DNA of 64,000 nucleotides from Eledone cirrhosa (lineage: Eukaryota). Of the stretch, positions 1 to 12,640 are shown piece after piece. Both the position numbers and the translations under genes were made by a program. The stretch is from NCBI GenBank assembly GCA_964016885.1, contig OZ024742.1, positions 274,846,001 through 274,910,000 on the forward strand, in the 5' to 3' direction. Below the pieces are notes generated by a model, which worked only from the letters and a program-made list of their open reading frames with translations, had not been told where the DNA came from and ran no database searches. The first letter of the stretch is position 1. Each line of letters begins with the position of its first letter.

Positions 1-3
1 GGC

Positions 4-420
4 TTGGACGTTGCAGGCTTCCCTTCCCAGCTCGAGCCGGTGGGGCTGGACAGAGGGGAAGGTAAAAGGCCTGATGGCATGACCATCTTCCCGTTCCGCG
101 GTGGCAAACCCCTCGTCTGGGATGCCACTTGCACCGATACTTTCTGCAGCCGCAGCCTGGTGCAGTCTGCGACTAACCGAGGTTCTGCTGCTTGTCGGGT
201 TGAGGAGGCCAAACTCCTCAAATATCGGTCGGTCTCCGACAGGTTTGTGGTTGTATCTATGACAGTGGAGACTTCTGGTGTCCTCGGCCCTAGGGCTACC
301 TCCCTACTCACCACCATAGGCGCTGAGCTGGCCAGCCGCAGGTGTGAGCCCCGCGAGTTGGAGTGGCTTTTCTTGCGCGTCTCTCCTTGCCGTCCTCCGG
401 GAATACGCCTTCTCCATTCC
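4..420 (+). mobile_element. C-terminal restriction-like endonuclease fragment of a CRE-like non-LTR retrotransposon
   Basis: ORF 4-513 has RPDG...F.GGKPLVWDATCTDT...K..KY...VETSGVLG, typical of RLE domains in CRE-type LINEs. A related copy lies at ~6250-6510. Confidence 0.7.
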
Positions 421-999
421 GTCCGCCGGGGCTGTGGGGAGACAAGCCGATCATATTACGAATTCCGTCGAATAGTCTTAAATACGATTGTTAGAAGTGA
501 TGAATTAAAATAAAAATGTCTTTTTTTCACCTATCAGATGAAAAAGTTGTTAAATTCTTAATGCTTACAAAATATACTAGATAATTTGCTAAGATATTTT
601 TTATTAATATGACTATTAAATTAAAAACAGCATATTTGTTGATAAAAAAAAACATACCATGTTCCTTTAGAAATATGAAATCCCAGTAGATACACACACA
701 TATACATATATGTGTCTACTGTGGCGATTCACTGCTAATTGATTTAACAGATGGTGCCAAAATTTCTTTGGCCACTATAAAATCCTTTAGTTTCCTCTAA
801 AATATATGAGCGTATGTATATATGAAATTCATATTATGAATGTCTATAAGTATTTGATTGTGAATATGAACCTGTATTTTTTTGTCATTATATTAAATGT
901 ATATTTCTAAAAATAGTTTTTCAAAGAATCCCAGTAATTTAGAATTCCTCAGCCAATGACTTGTGTCCATCCTTAAAAGCGCAACCTTCACCAATCACC

Positions 1000-3400
1000 A
1001 GGTAATATTCAAATACCACCGTATAAACACGCAAGTCGATCTACCTGATAATTTCTTTCGAAACAGTTCTAGTATTTTAGAAGCAATTTCAAATTTTACA
1101 TTTTGTGTATGCACTCTATTATTGCTTTGAGTACTTTACTGTGGTTAGCCCCGATATATCCTTAAAAACCTAGCATATAATATCTCACTCAGAATCTCTA
1201 ACCTTTCATCTAACAAGGATGTATTCGATAAAAATGCGCCCTTTTATAACGAAGCTTTAGCTAGAAGCGGCCACAAAAACAAATTAGTCTATATACCTTG
1301 CAGCAATAATTGTTTCTACTTTAGGCACAAGGCCAGCAATTATCCAGTGCATTACTGGTACTTTATTTTATCGACCCCGTAAGGATGAAAGGCAAAGTTA
1401 ACCTCCAATAATACTTCAAACATACAACCCAATATTACCAACAAACACCAAATGGAAAACCCACACCTAAATGCCACTCACACTACACCCCAAAATACCA
1501 ACCTAAAACTTAATTTTTCTACCTCTTCTCACATAAAATATAATAACTTTCAAAAAACCATTCATCCTAATACTCCAGTATATGTTAACAACATTACTAA
1601 CATAATTCCTAATAATCAGACTAAAACACCTAAATCAGTTAATCTAACTAAACCTATATATAATAAATTCACTAATAGTAACTCTCTTAGTAAACATTCT
1701 GATACATCGTATAAATATAAAAAACAATATCGAAACCGTAAAAGACGGGTTACTTGGTATAATGCTCCATTTAATCTACAAATTAAAGATAATATCCCTA
1801 AAAAATGTTTACTATCCTAGAGAAAAACTTCCCGCCAAACCATAAATACCATCAAATTTTAAATAGATCAACTGTCAAATTTTCCTTCTCCACTGCCAAA
1901 AGTATTCAACAAAATATAAGTGCGTACAACGCATATAAATGTAAGAAAAAACACGAATATACCACCAACACATCAAACCAACCATAATACTAAAATAAAC
2001 CGCAACAAACCACCATCTCCTTCACATATAACAAGTCGAGTAAATTCCACACCAAATTTGACTAACTCCCCTGATATAATATTCACGAATGTTTGTAACT
2101 GTAGAAACAAATGAAATTGCCCATTAAAGGGAAATTGTCTTATTAATAACATAGTCTATAAATGTAAAATTAGCACTAAGGACTCCACTTATTCATATAT
2201 AGGAGCTACGTCTAACCAATTTAAAGTAAAATTTAATACCCACAAACATAGTTTTTAAAATGTCGCATTAGCTAATACAACATCCTTGGCTGAAACACTT
2301 AATAATTATAGAAAAAAGAATATCGATTACAACCCTTATCAAAATAACAGATATGAGTGTAGATTATGCTCCCAGGGACTTTTTGAAATAATGAAATCTA
2401 AGGATATCCTATTAAATAAGCGACAAGAATTAATTATATCTTGAAATCATAGAATTAGAAGAACCTTCAAATATTATAAACCTAATTAATATAGATAGAC
2501 CTTACACTTATATTTTACATATTATTATAATTAGTTTTTTTAAATTTAGTTAACCTATAATTAGTACTTTACTACAGAGAACTTCTTAATTTTATTTCCC
2601 TCTTACATCTCTCTTTTCCTAAAATTAATACCTAAAAGTATACATATAAATTAATTTAATTTCTTGTTATGAATCTAGATTCCATGTAGTTTATATAAGA
2701 TTGGTATTTCTCACTACTACCCCTATCCCCAAATTTTATTTTCCTTCGTTTTTACCAACATTCTTTAATAACATATAATTCTTATTTATCACATCCATAT
2801 GAATTAATATAAATTTATCCCTATAAGTATACCTATCATTTAATTTCATTTCTTGTTATAGATCTAGATTCCTTGTGGTTTAAATAAGATTGGTATTTCT
2901 CACTAATACCCTTACCCTAAAATTTTACTTTCCTTCGTTTTTAACATTATTCTTTAATAACATCAAATTTTCGAGTACCCTTCACCGGCTTGACCTCTTT
3001 TCATCCCCAAAGTATTCTTTTCATTCAAAGTATTCTTTCCATTCAAAACATAAGTCTGCACTCCTCTACCCCTAAATTAAATTTCTACTACTACTATTCT
3101 ATCAACTTGACCTCTTACTACTTTTCTATTGGTCAATTCAAAACCTGTTCCCAAACATACCTATTATATTGAATCTTTGTTGTTTTTTTTCAATAAACAA
3201 ATCTCATCATTTCTGAAGACAGCATATATATGTGAAGGTATGTATATTTCCTCTGGTAGTTTGTAATATGTTTACATAGATCTATATGATATACATACCA
3301 ACACACATATATATCCTAGAAACTATCGTAAAATGATGAATGTTTTAATATAAGGAACTTGTTCTTTGTTTTTATTCATTGTTTTTATTAATTTATCTTG
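1000..3400 (+). mobile_element. Decayed PLE (WYNAPF / CNC..CP...C linker type), late RT to GIY-YIG plus AT-rich 3' region
   Basis: RKRRVTWYNAPFN (ORF 1452), FPPNHKYHQILNRSTVKFSFS (ORF 1805), CNCRNK then IVYKC..YIG at ~2090-2210. Many stops and frameshifts. Confidence 0.8.
1305..1405 (-). mobile_element. Truncated SINE (3' part) inserted in the PLE
   Basis: Near-identical to the 3' half of the SINEs at 15070-15459. Confidence 0.8.
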
Positions 3401-3526
3401 ACTCCGTTTTCCTATGATATTCATCGAAATTTTTTGAATTTATCTTCTCTTTTCATTATATTTGGATTACATTGAGTTCTTCATACGTATTGGACACTAC
3501 CGTATATTTTGGTACATTTATCTACA

Positions 3527-3529
3527 CAC

Positions 3530-3612
<83 letters not shown>
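3527..3612. repeat. (TA)n microsatellite
   Basis: Direct reading; one of more than 25 (TA)n tracts in the window. Confidence 0.95.
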
Positions 3613-3617
<5 letters not shown>

Positions 3618-4388
3618 ATTTACATATACATAAAGTCATATATGTGGCAACCGGTCACGTTGTGGCTCAATGAAGAATTAATAAATTAAATAATCAGAGC
3701 AATATATCATAAATCATGTCCTTAGAATTATTAGATAAAATATATACCATTTCCTCTCCCAATTAGCATAATTAACCATATAAAAATCAATTAGACCAGG
3801 CTATAAGAATAAAGGCTCATATGAAGAAATTTTCGACAAATAACCGAAAGCGGCCTCTTAGCGGTGGCCCCAATAGATTATTTATCCAACATTTCAACAG
3901 CATGTAGAAACTGACTAAAGATACCGTCAACCATACACAATTAGGTGTAAATTCAAACTTAGAAGAAATGTGTACATACCGTAATTATATCTCTACCATG
4001 GTTTCGTCCGTATTTTTAGACATCCTATTATCAGGATATATCCAGAGTAACAGACTCATCAGGAGAAAACTCAAGATTGGACAGTTAATTTTCCAAAGTG
4101 ATCGCGCCAGAAATAGATTAAAAAATGGCTAAGAATCGTGACGTGGCAGTGGTCAAGTTAGAAAGAATGTGATTAGTTGCTTACAGCGGGTAGGCTTGTT
4201 GCTAGAAAGCGCAGCCCAGTATCGCACAATTGTATCTCAACCTAACGGGAGATTATTAAATATAAAGATTTACATATACATAAAGTCATAGATATATATG
4301 TGGCAACCGGTCACGCTGTGGCTCAATGAAGAATTAATAAATGAAATAATCAGAGCAATATATCATAAATCATGTCCTTAGAATTATA
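3611..4388 (-). mobile_element. Retrozyme-like element: 650-bp non-coding monomer x1.2, (TA)n-flanked, HHR on minus strand
   Basis: tataaagatttacatatacataaagtc occurs at 3611 and 4261. The ORF track lists no ORF starting in the unit. HHR at 3990-4066. Confidence 0.75.
3990..4066 (-). ncRNA. Type I hammerhead ribozyme, canonical core
   Basis: Minus strand: TCTC CTGATGA GTCTGT...ACGGAC GAA ACCATGGT A GAGA. Stem I TCTC/GAGA, stem II GTCTGT/ACGGAC with an inner hairpin, palindromic stem III, GUA site. Confidence 0.85.
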
Positions 4389-4701
4389 TATATATATATA
4401 TACAGGGAGAGACAGAGGATGATAGGTAGATAGATAGATGCATACAAGCATACGTGCAGAGGTAGTTTCGTACGTAGCTCTCTCAATAGTTTTCTCACCC
4501 TACTGAGAGATGGGGAGGGCAAGAGAGATGGAGGGGATGGAAGTGGGAGTTCGGCTGTTCTTTCCTATTCACTTAGGTTACTATTTCCTTTTCTGTGAAA
4601 AAGTTATATACCTCCATTTTTGCATTCCATTGGATGTCATTGTTAACGACCACTTCCACTTTCTTTTCTACATCATCTTCAATGTCGTTATCTTTGTGAT
4701 C

Positions 4702-4707
4702 ACAACA

Positions 4708-4760
<53 letters not shown>

Positions 4761-4762
4761 AA
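4702..4762. repeat. (ACT)n trinucleotide microsatellite
   Basis: Direct reading; source of the poly-T and poly-S pseudo-ORFs. Confidence 0.95.
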
Positions 4763-4959
4763 CCCCCTTTAAGGAGTGTGTTTTTAATACTCTTTAGTGA
4801 TATTGGTATTGTAAATGACTTTGTATGTAGGATTATATTTACTTTCATCTTTAGGCAAATTTATAAGAATACACATGCACGTGTGCGCGCACGCGCGCAC
4901 ACATGCACATACACAGACTCACACACGCACACACACATACGAATATATATATATATATA

Positions 4960-5648
4960 TACATTTAAAGTATATGATAAACACGAAATGTGTTTACATT
5001 GCAACAGACAAAGTTAGCTATTAACTGCTCGGAAGAGCCCCTTCCTGGAGCTTAATTATTGTAAACGACTGAGAGTTTATTCTCAAAATATAATATAATG
5101 TATAGCTCCTTTATTGTAAGAGCTGATCCTTAATCCTGCATAAGCGGCTGTTATTTCTAGCACCGTGAATGTGGGATAGCTAGTTTTGGCCTGCCTACCC
5201 ACGTGTAGTCAGACCTGCAAAATTTTTGATGTGAGATAGACTAATCTTACTGGATTCCTGTTGATAAGCACAGAAGATTTGTACATTTCACTCTTATATT
5301 TCTATTCCATTTCGATTCTCTTTATTTTTCAATTCACATTCCACCGTTGCGAAACTTATTTGGGTTTCGAGGTTCAAATTCGTCTACAGAACAGGTTTGA
5401 ATTTTGAAATTTAAATATGTCCAGGAATCATGGCCGTTGCCAATATAATCTTGTCTTTATTGACTTGTATCGAGACAGACAAATTGTATTCACTTTTATT
5501 AGTTTATTTCATTAATAGCTAACTTTGTCTGTTGCAATGTAAACACATTTCGTGTTTATCATATACTTTAAATGTATTAACTGCTCGGAAGAGCCCCTTC
5601 CTGGAGCTTAATTATTGTAAACGACTGAGAGTTTATTCTCAAAATATA

Positions 5649-5656
<8 letters not shown>
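4960..5656 (+). mobile_element. Retrozyme-like element family A: 556-bp monomer x1.14 plus a 65-bp 5' inversion, in (TA)n
   Basis: ttaactgctcggaagagcc occurs at 5021 and 5577. 4960-5024 is the reverse complement of 5512-5576. Variant HHR at 5253-5429. Confidence 0.75.
5253..5429 (+). ncRNA. Extended type I hammerhead with U3-A8 core
   Basis: GATTCCTG TTGATAA GCA...TGC GAAA C[~27-bp hairpin 5355-5419]GTC CAGGAATC. Stem I is 8 bp perfect; cleavage predicted after C5421. Confidence 0.8.
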
Positions 5657-5732
<76 letters not shown>

Positions 5733-6249
5733 AAGGTTAACAAAGGGGGTTAACAAAGCAAAGATTTGGGTTTCAATTTATACAATTCTGCTCTGCTTCT
5801 GAACAATTTGCATTGCCTTGCTAAACGCTGTGCTTGCGACGTCACTATTTGATTAGGAAAGGGATTTCCACATTTCCACGGTAACCGTACTTCCCCTAAA
5901 CCAGGGCTTCGGATCTGCGGTCAACACAAATGCCATTGCAGATAAATGATGCATTATTCTTTCGATATTAATGAACGGTAATGAGCCCCGCAATTTGGTA
6001 TGACATTTTAGTATATGTTTCTGTCTAGTTCCCAGGTAATGCTTTCTCTATTCTCCCCACAGACACCATGAGGCTGCACACGTATGCGATTCTGCAGAGT
6101 GAAATAAAGGAGAGTTGTATGAAACATAACATTATTTGGTTCTTGTTGTTACAATTGGCCAATAAATATACATGCATACACACATACACTTATTAATACA
6201 TCACTTGAATTCATTTCTCATTAAAAAATAACTAACCATCAACCTGTTG

Positions 6250-6510
6250 CGCTTCGGGCTGAAGATGGTAATCTCTCCAAATATTTGTCACACTCCGATA
6301 GGTTTGCGGTCAACCCATTGGCAGTGGAGACTTCTAGTGTCCTTGGCTTTAGGGCAACCTTCTTACTCATCACCATCGGCTCAGAGTTGGCTACCCGCAG
6401 GTGTGACTCTGGCGAGCTGGAATGCTCTTCCAATGCTCTCCCATGCCATCATCAAGGGAAATACCCTTCTTTGTTCTATCCACCAGGGCCGCGGGGCTAC
6501 CAGCCCGTGG
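6250..6510 (+). mobile_element. Second CRE-like RLE fragment
   Basis: DRFAVNPLAVETSSVLGFRATFLLITIGSELATRRCD is homologous to ORF 4-513. Confidence 0.65.
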
Positions 6511-7490
6511 TCCCCCATTTGCTCATAATAATGAGAGATGGGAAAGTGGGAGAGGCGGAGGCAGTGACACTAGGAGTTTGTTTCAATTGTGTTCGGTCCT
6601 GTATAAGTATATATTTCTTTACCGCACCACATCCTAGTGTTATCTAGGTATTTCTCATTTATCTTCTTATAAAACATTATAGAAATGAAATACGGAAATC
6701 AAACACAACTGTGTGGTCAGAAATTGATTAGTGAGGTAATTGTTTGAAATAAATTATACATATGCTCACTATATTTCTGAAATGTCGGCTTCGAAACGGG
6801 AATATGACTAAGAGCATGAAATTCAGAAATGAAAATGACACGAGGCGGTATCTCATGCGCGCTACATAATCCAATGTGGGAATAGATATAGAAAAGCAAA
6901 CTTAAGAAAGTGTAAACTTGTAGTGGAAGCTTTGAGGAGAAATAAAGTAGTACAATACATAGTGCCATAAATAAGACCAAAATCAAAGAGCGAGACAGGA
7001 TCACTGCTGATCTTGTTATCAAGGAATTGCACATTTTCTGGCGTGGTTTACAAAAATGAGAAGAACTTCTCAAGAAAGAGATTTGCATAACTTTCCAAAT
7101 AAAAAACGTGTATATTCTAAAGGTAAAATCGATAAAGTATAATTATTATTGAAAAAAGCAAAAACTATAATTTAAAAGCAATTCCGGGTGCAATGATGCG
7201 GACTATAAAGTAGAAAATAAAAGAAACGTTTGCTGAAAATTTGCTGTGTGGTGAATAAAAAGTAACTGCCACAAAAGGGTTTCCTATTATCTAAACATAT
7301 ATCAACAAAATAAGAAAAACAACAACAATCTACCATACATGAAACAAATCGAACTGCTTCAGTAAGGTAATTTTGCTGCACACACACACACATAGACACA
7401 CACACAAACACACACCTATATATATATACGTACATATGTGTGTGTATATGTGTGTGTATGTATGTATATATATATATATATGTATATATT

Positions 7491-8396
7491 TACCAAGGCC
7501 TTTTGCCCGTATGTGTTTGTGAGTATTGATTTATTATTTTTTAGATCGGTACAGGCAGACTATATGTATTTGAATTAAGATATTTCATTCTAACTATTTA
7601 TTGTCAATTGCAACAAAAACATGTAAATGTTTATCATATATTAATTTATACTGCTCAGAAGCGATTCTTAGAGCTAAAATAATTGTAAATGACCCCATTG
7701 CGTGTAAACTCTAAGTTATATTATATCACTGCTTCCTCAGTTGAACTGAATTTGTAATCCCATATAAACGGCTGTTATTTCTAGCACTATGAGTGTGGCA
7801 GGCTAGAGGATTGGAATAAGTCGTGTGCAAAACCTCGTGTATTTTCGCTACGTTAACCAGACCTTAGATTTTTTCCGAGGTGAAGTTACTTAATTTATCT
7901 GGTTACCTATTGATAAACACAGAAAATTAATTAACGCACTACTAATTAATTGATTATTTCACTACTATACGATCCTTTGTGAAACACGTTTAAATTTTGA
8001 GGTTCGGACTGATCTGCGGAAAAGTTTGTATTTTGAAGTTTAAACGTGTCTAGGTACCAAGGCCTTTTGCCCGTATGTGTTTGTGAGTATTGATTTATTA
8101 TTTTTTAGATCGGTACAGGCAGACTATATGTATTTGAATTAAGATATTTCATTCTAGCTATTTATTGTCAATTGCAACAAAAACATGTAAATGTTTATCA
8201 TATATTAATTTATACTGCTCAGAAGCGATTCTTAGAGCTAAAATAATTGTAAATGACCCCATTGAGTGTAAACTCTAAGTTATATTATATTACTGCTCCC
8301 TCAGTTGAGCTGAATTTGTAATCCCATATAAACGGCTGTTATTTCTAGCACTATGAGTGTGGGAGGCTAGAGGATTGGAATAAGTCGTGTGCAAAA
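7491..8396 (+). mobile_element. Retrozyme-like element family A relative: 564-bp monomer x1.6
   Basis: taccaaggccttttgcccg occurs at 7491 and 8055. Shares blocks (actgctc.gaag, ggctgttatttctagcac, ttgataa.cacagaa) with 5021-5576. Confidence 0.75.
7900..8059 (+). ncRNA. Extended type I hammerhead with U3-A8 core
   Basis: TGGTTACCTA TTGATAA ACA...TGT GAAA CACGTTTAAA...TTTAAACGTG TC TAGGTACCA. Cleavage predicted after C8050; helices covary with 5253-5429. Confidence 0.8.
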
Positions 8397-8779
8397 TACA
8401 TTATTCTTTTCTCTCTATCATCAAACTTTTTAATCTCAATACATATTAACTCCCTCTCCTTCTTCGTACATATTTTTCCCTTCGTTAATTTTCAAATTCT
8501 TTTAATTTATACATTATCTTCCAACGGTTTTCAACCTCTCTATGTAAAACAATATATCTTTTCTCAGTTATAAAAACTATCTCTTTCTCTCTATCACCCA
8601 TCTCTCCCTCTCCACCTTCACTCTCATCTCCTCCCCTTTTTTTTCATCCTTTTCACCCCCCCCCCTCTCTAAACAAAATATTTTCCCAATATCACACATC
8701 AATCTAAAATTACTTTTCATATGTTGATTTAAAACTGCACTATCCACAAGTGTTTTTTAGCCTTCATATCATGTCCTCC

Positions 8780-8850
8780 TGTTTTATCTGATGAAAACAC
8801 AAATATTATTGCATGATGATGTTTGTTTTTGAAATGCGCATAACAAAATA
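8780..8850 (+). ncRNA. Type I hammerhead (PLE pLTR type)
   Basis: GTTTTAT CTGATGA [~15-bp stem II] GAA ATGCGCAT A ACAAAAT. Palindromic stem III; one mismatch in stem I. Confidence 0.75.
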
Positions 8851-8994
8851 CATGGAACTCCTTTAACCATCTTTTGATCTTATATATTATGTATACTCCA
8901 GTCCTACAAACTGTAGAGTGCTTCTTATCCGATATCTGCATTGCTTTATTGTACTACAATAAAACTCACCTCCTACATTATATATATATATATA

Positions 8995-9973
<979 letters not shown>

Positions 9974-10494
9974 AACCGAAGGAGAACAGGAAGACAATAC
10001 TTTGGTTCGCGAAGACGTTCCCTGGCAATGAACTTGAAAAAGCGAAGATAATACATCAGCAATGAGAACAATATTTTCTCTAGCGTTCTAGAGCAAATAT
10101 ATAAATGACATATATTTATCCTTTTCGAGCCCTCTTTGGAATTTTGTCTTCACATTTATTATTATTACTAATTATATTATATATATATATAATTAATTAT
10201 TGAGAGGGCGTGCGGTATCTTTGCACTGAATTAATTAAAAGTTGGTTAGAAGCGAAGTCAATGCAGACAGGCAGCCAGAGAGATAGATATTATAAGCATG
10301 CGACGTTATAGCTATGTATATAATGCAGACAGCCAGAAATACAGAGTCATATTAAAAGGGTGCGACGTTATAGCTATGTATTATAACAGATGGCCTTGTG
10401 CCAAAAGTAGAAACGATTATAACGGAGTTATTAAATTTTTTTCAACAAGAAAACTACACAGCCATATAAACATATTTATACACACACACGAATA

Positions 10495-10581
<87 letters not shown>

Positions 10582-10598
10582 GTATGAATTCATTTTAT

Positions 10599-10645
10599 TG
10601 CTGACAATCGTTTCTTCCAAACTATCATTTGGATCCATCGGAGCA
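10599..10645 (-). ncRNA. Hammerhead-like motif with CCGA core; homologous copy at 15642-15685 (-)
   Basis: TGCT CCGATGG ATCCAAA..TTTGGAA GAAA CGATTG TC AGCA, and GCT CCGATGA TCCCAAA..TTTGGAA GAAA AATTG TC AGC. Confidence 0.6.
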
Positions 10646-11092
10646 GTAGCAATGTTTGTATATATAATTAACCTCCTATTCAACTGAACAATCTTATAGA
10701 TACATGGATATTAATGTTGTCAACAGTTTCGTATTTACAGAGTGGAATGGATGCGAGTAACTTTCTACCTTAATGCCTTTTAATTGTTATACTATTCCTC
10801 TGTCGTATGCTTTCCACTCTGTGCCTTTTTAATTTTTAATATTCAATTTTTAAGATTTTATTTTTAATTTTAATTATTGTACAATTCTCTTGAAATCTAT
10901 GTCGCAATAAAATGATTTGATTATTGTGTAATTTATATTCCGGCTCTGTAAAACATCTCATGTATTTACATTGAGATATTTTTCTTACTGGTAATAAGGT
11001 AGTAATAAATTACTGACCTTTCCTGTTTATAGTTCTATACATAACTATAAATAATATTATTTTTTATTATTATCTATATATGTGTATATGTG

Positions 11093-11133
<41 letters not shown>

Positions 11134-11135
<2 letters not shown>

Positions 11136-11860
11136 CTCTAATAGGTTTCGGCCAGTATTGTCCCATGCCATGTCTAACTTAATAGCACCACCTGGCGAAG
11201 TCTTTCAAATTAGGATTTGGACACCATGGCTCACTCAAGTAGAGAGTTATTGTTTACGAAGGCATATCCGGGTGTAGGAGGTTTATCCGGGATTTATTGA
11301 AGGAATTTGTCCAAAGACTTCTTGAACTTGATGGGGTCTGTTTCTGTTTTAATGTGTTTTGATGTAATGTTAAAGACAGCTGGGTCAATTTATGTGAAAT
11401 AATTGTGCCGTATTGTTGTTATGAGATGCGAGTGAGATTTTTGTTGTGGTCGGATAGCACGAGGCCCGAACCTTGGGTGTACCTTAAAAGTGATGCCAAC
11501 ATCATTTGGCTAAATCTGATGGAATATTTTCCACATCATGCAGATAATGTAGCGCTCACGGCGATGTTGTGTTGGTGGGAATAAAGGTTGAGCTTTTCTA
11601 ATCGACTCCAATAGTCAAAGCCTGTCTATCTTTTTTGTAATTGATACTTTGGTTCCTGTGGGGTGACCAAAGTGAACCACAGTATTCAAGGTGGGGTTCG
11701 GGAAAAAGTGGAGAAGACACGGTTAACATGTGGATATCTCTCGACTGGAAGGATCTGAGAATCCAGGAACACATCCTGCGGGCCATGTCAACTTTGCTGT
11801 TTATATGAGTGGCCCAGTTTATGTTGTTGTTCACAATTACACCCAGATCTCTGATGAAAG
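11134..11860 (-). mobile_element. 3' fragment of a CR1/L2-group LINE
   Basis: RDLGVIVNNNINWATHINSKV...PHLEYCGSLWSPH...RRERYII; ends in a (TA)n tract. Second copy at ~56510-57205. Confidence 0.8.
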
Positions 11861-12269
11861 TTTCACCTGAACGTTTCTTTCGAGAAAGTGGGTTATTCGT
11901 GATCTCAACACGCTCTCTAATACCTTGATGATATGATAGGTGAGTGAGATTGGACGGTAGTTCACGCAAGGGACTTATTTGCATTTTTGAAAACTGGGAC
12001 AACGGACTGGGACAGAAAGTTTTCAGGAATATAGCCAGTATCCAGTGAGTTCCTCCTCAGATTAGCAAGAGGAGATGCAAGTTGGTGTCGACACACCTCC
12101 AAGACACAAGCAGGGCATCTGTCGATGCCTACTGCTGAATCGTGTTTAATTTCGCTTATTGCCGCTAAGACATCAGGGGCGCCAAACGTTATGTCCGATA
12201 TAGTGTGTTATATAGTATATATATATATGGGTGTGTATATGTATGAATGTGGTGGTGTGCGTGTGTGTG

Positions 12270-12609
12270 TATCATTATTTAACTTGTTTTGCTAGATTTC
12301 TCATCTGAAAAATAGTTCTGAATGAAATACCTTTATACTTTGGGATGGTCATGCTGCCAATAAAAAGAAACGCACCTGTTGGTTTTCATTTCAATTTATT
12401 ATAAATTTCCAGTTGGTTGGTTGATTCTTTAACCGGATGGTTGTTTATATTTAGTCAAATCTCTTTCACTACACGTTCTGTGACCTCCTCAGTGACTGGA
12501 TTTTTAATTTGTGTCCCTCCTTTGTTCTATCCTAAGCCAGCTTCTTTTTGTGTGCTGTGTGCTGTGTGTTTGGTTTGCGTATACGTTACATTCGGACGTG
12601 TGTGTGTAT

Positions 12610-12640
<31 letters not shown>

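Noticed and set aside
3205-3250. CTGAAGA...GAAG at the end of the first PLE
   Set aside because: The position fits a pLTR HHR but the stems and GAAA are too decayed to call.
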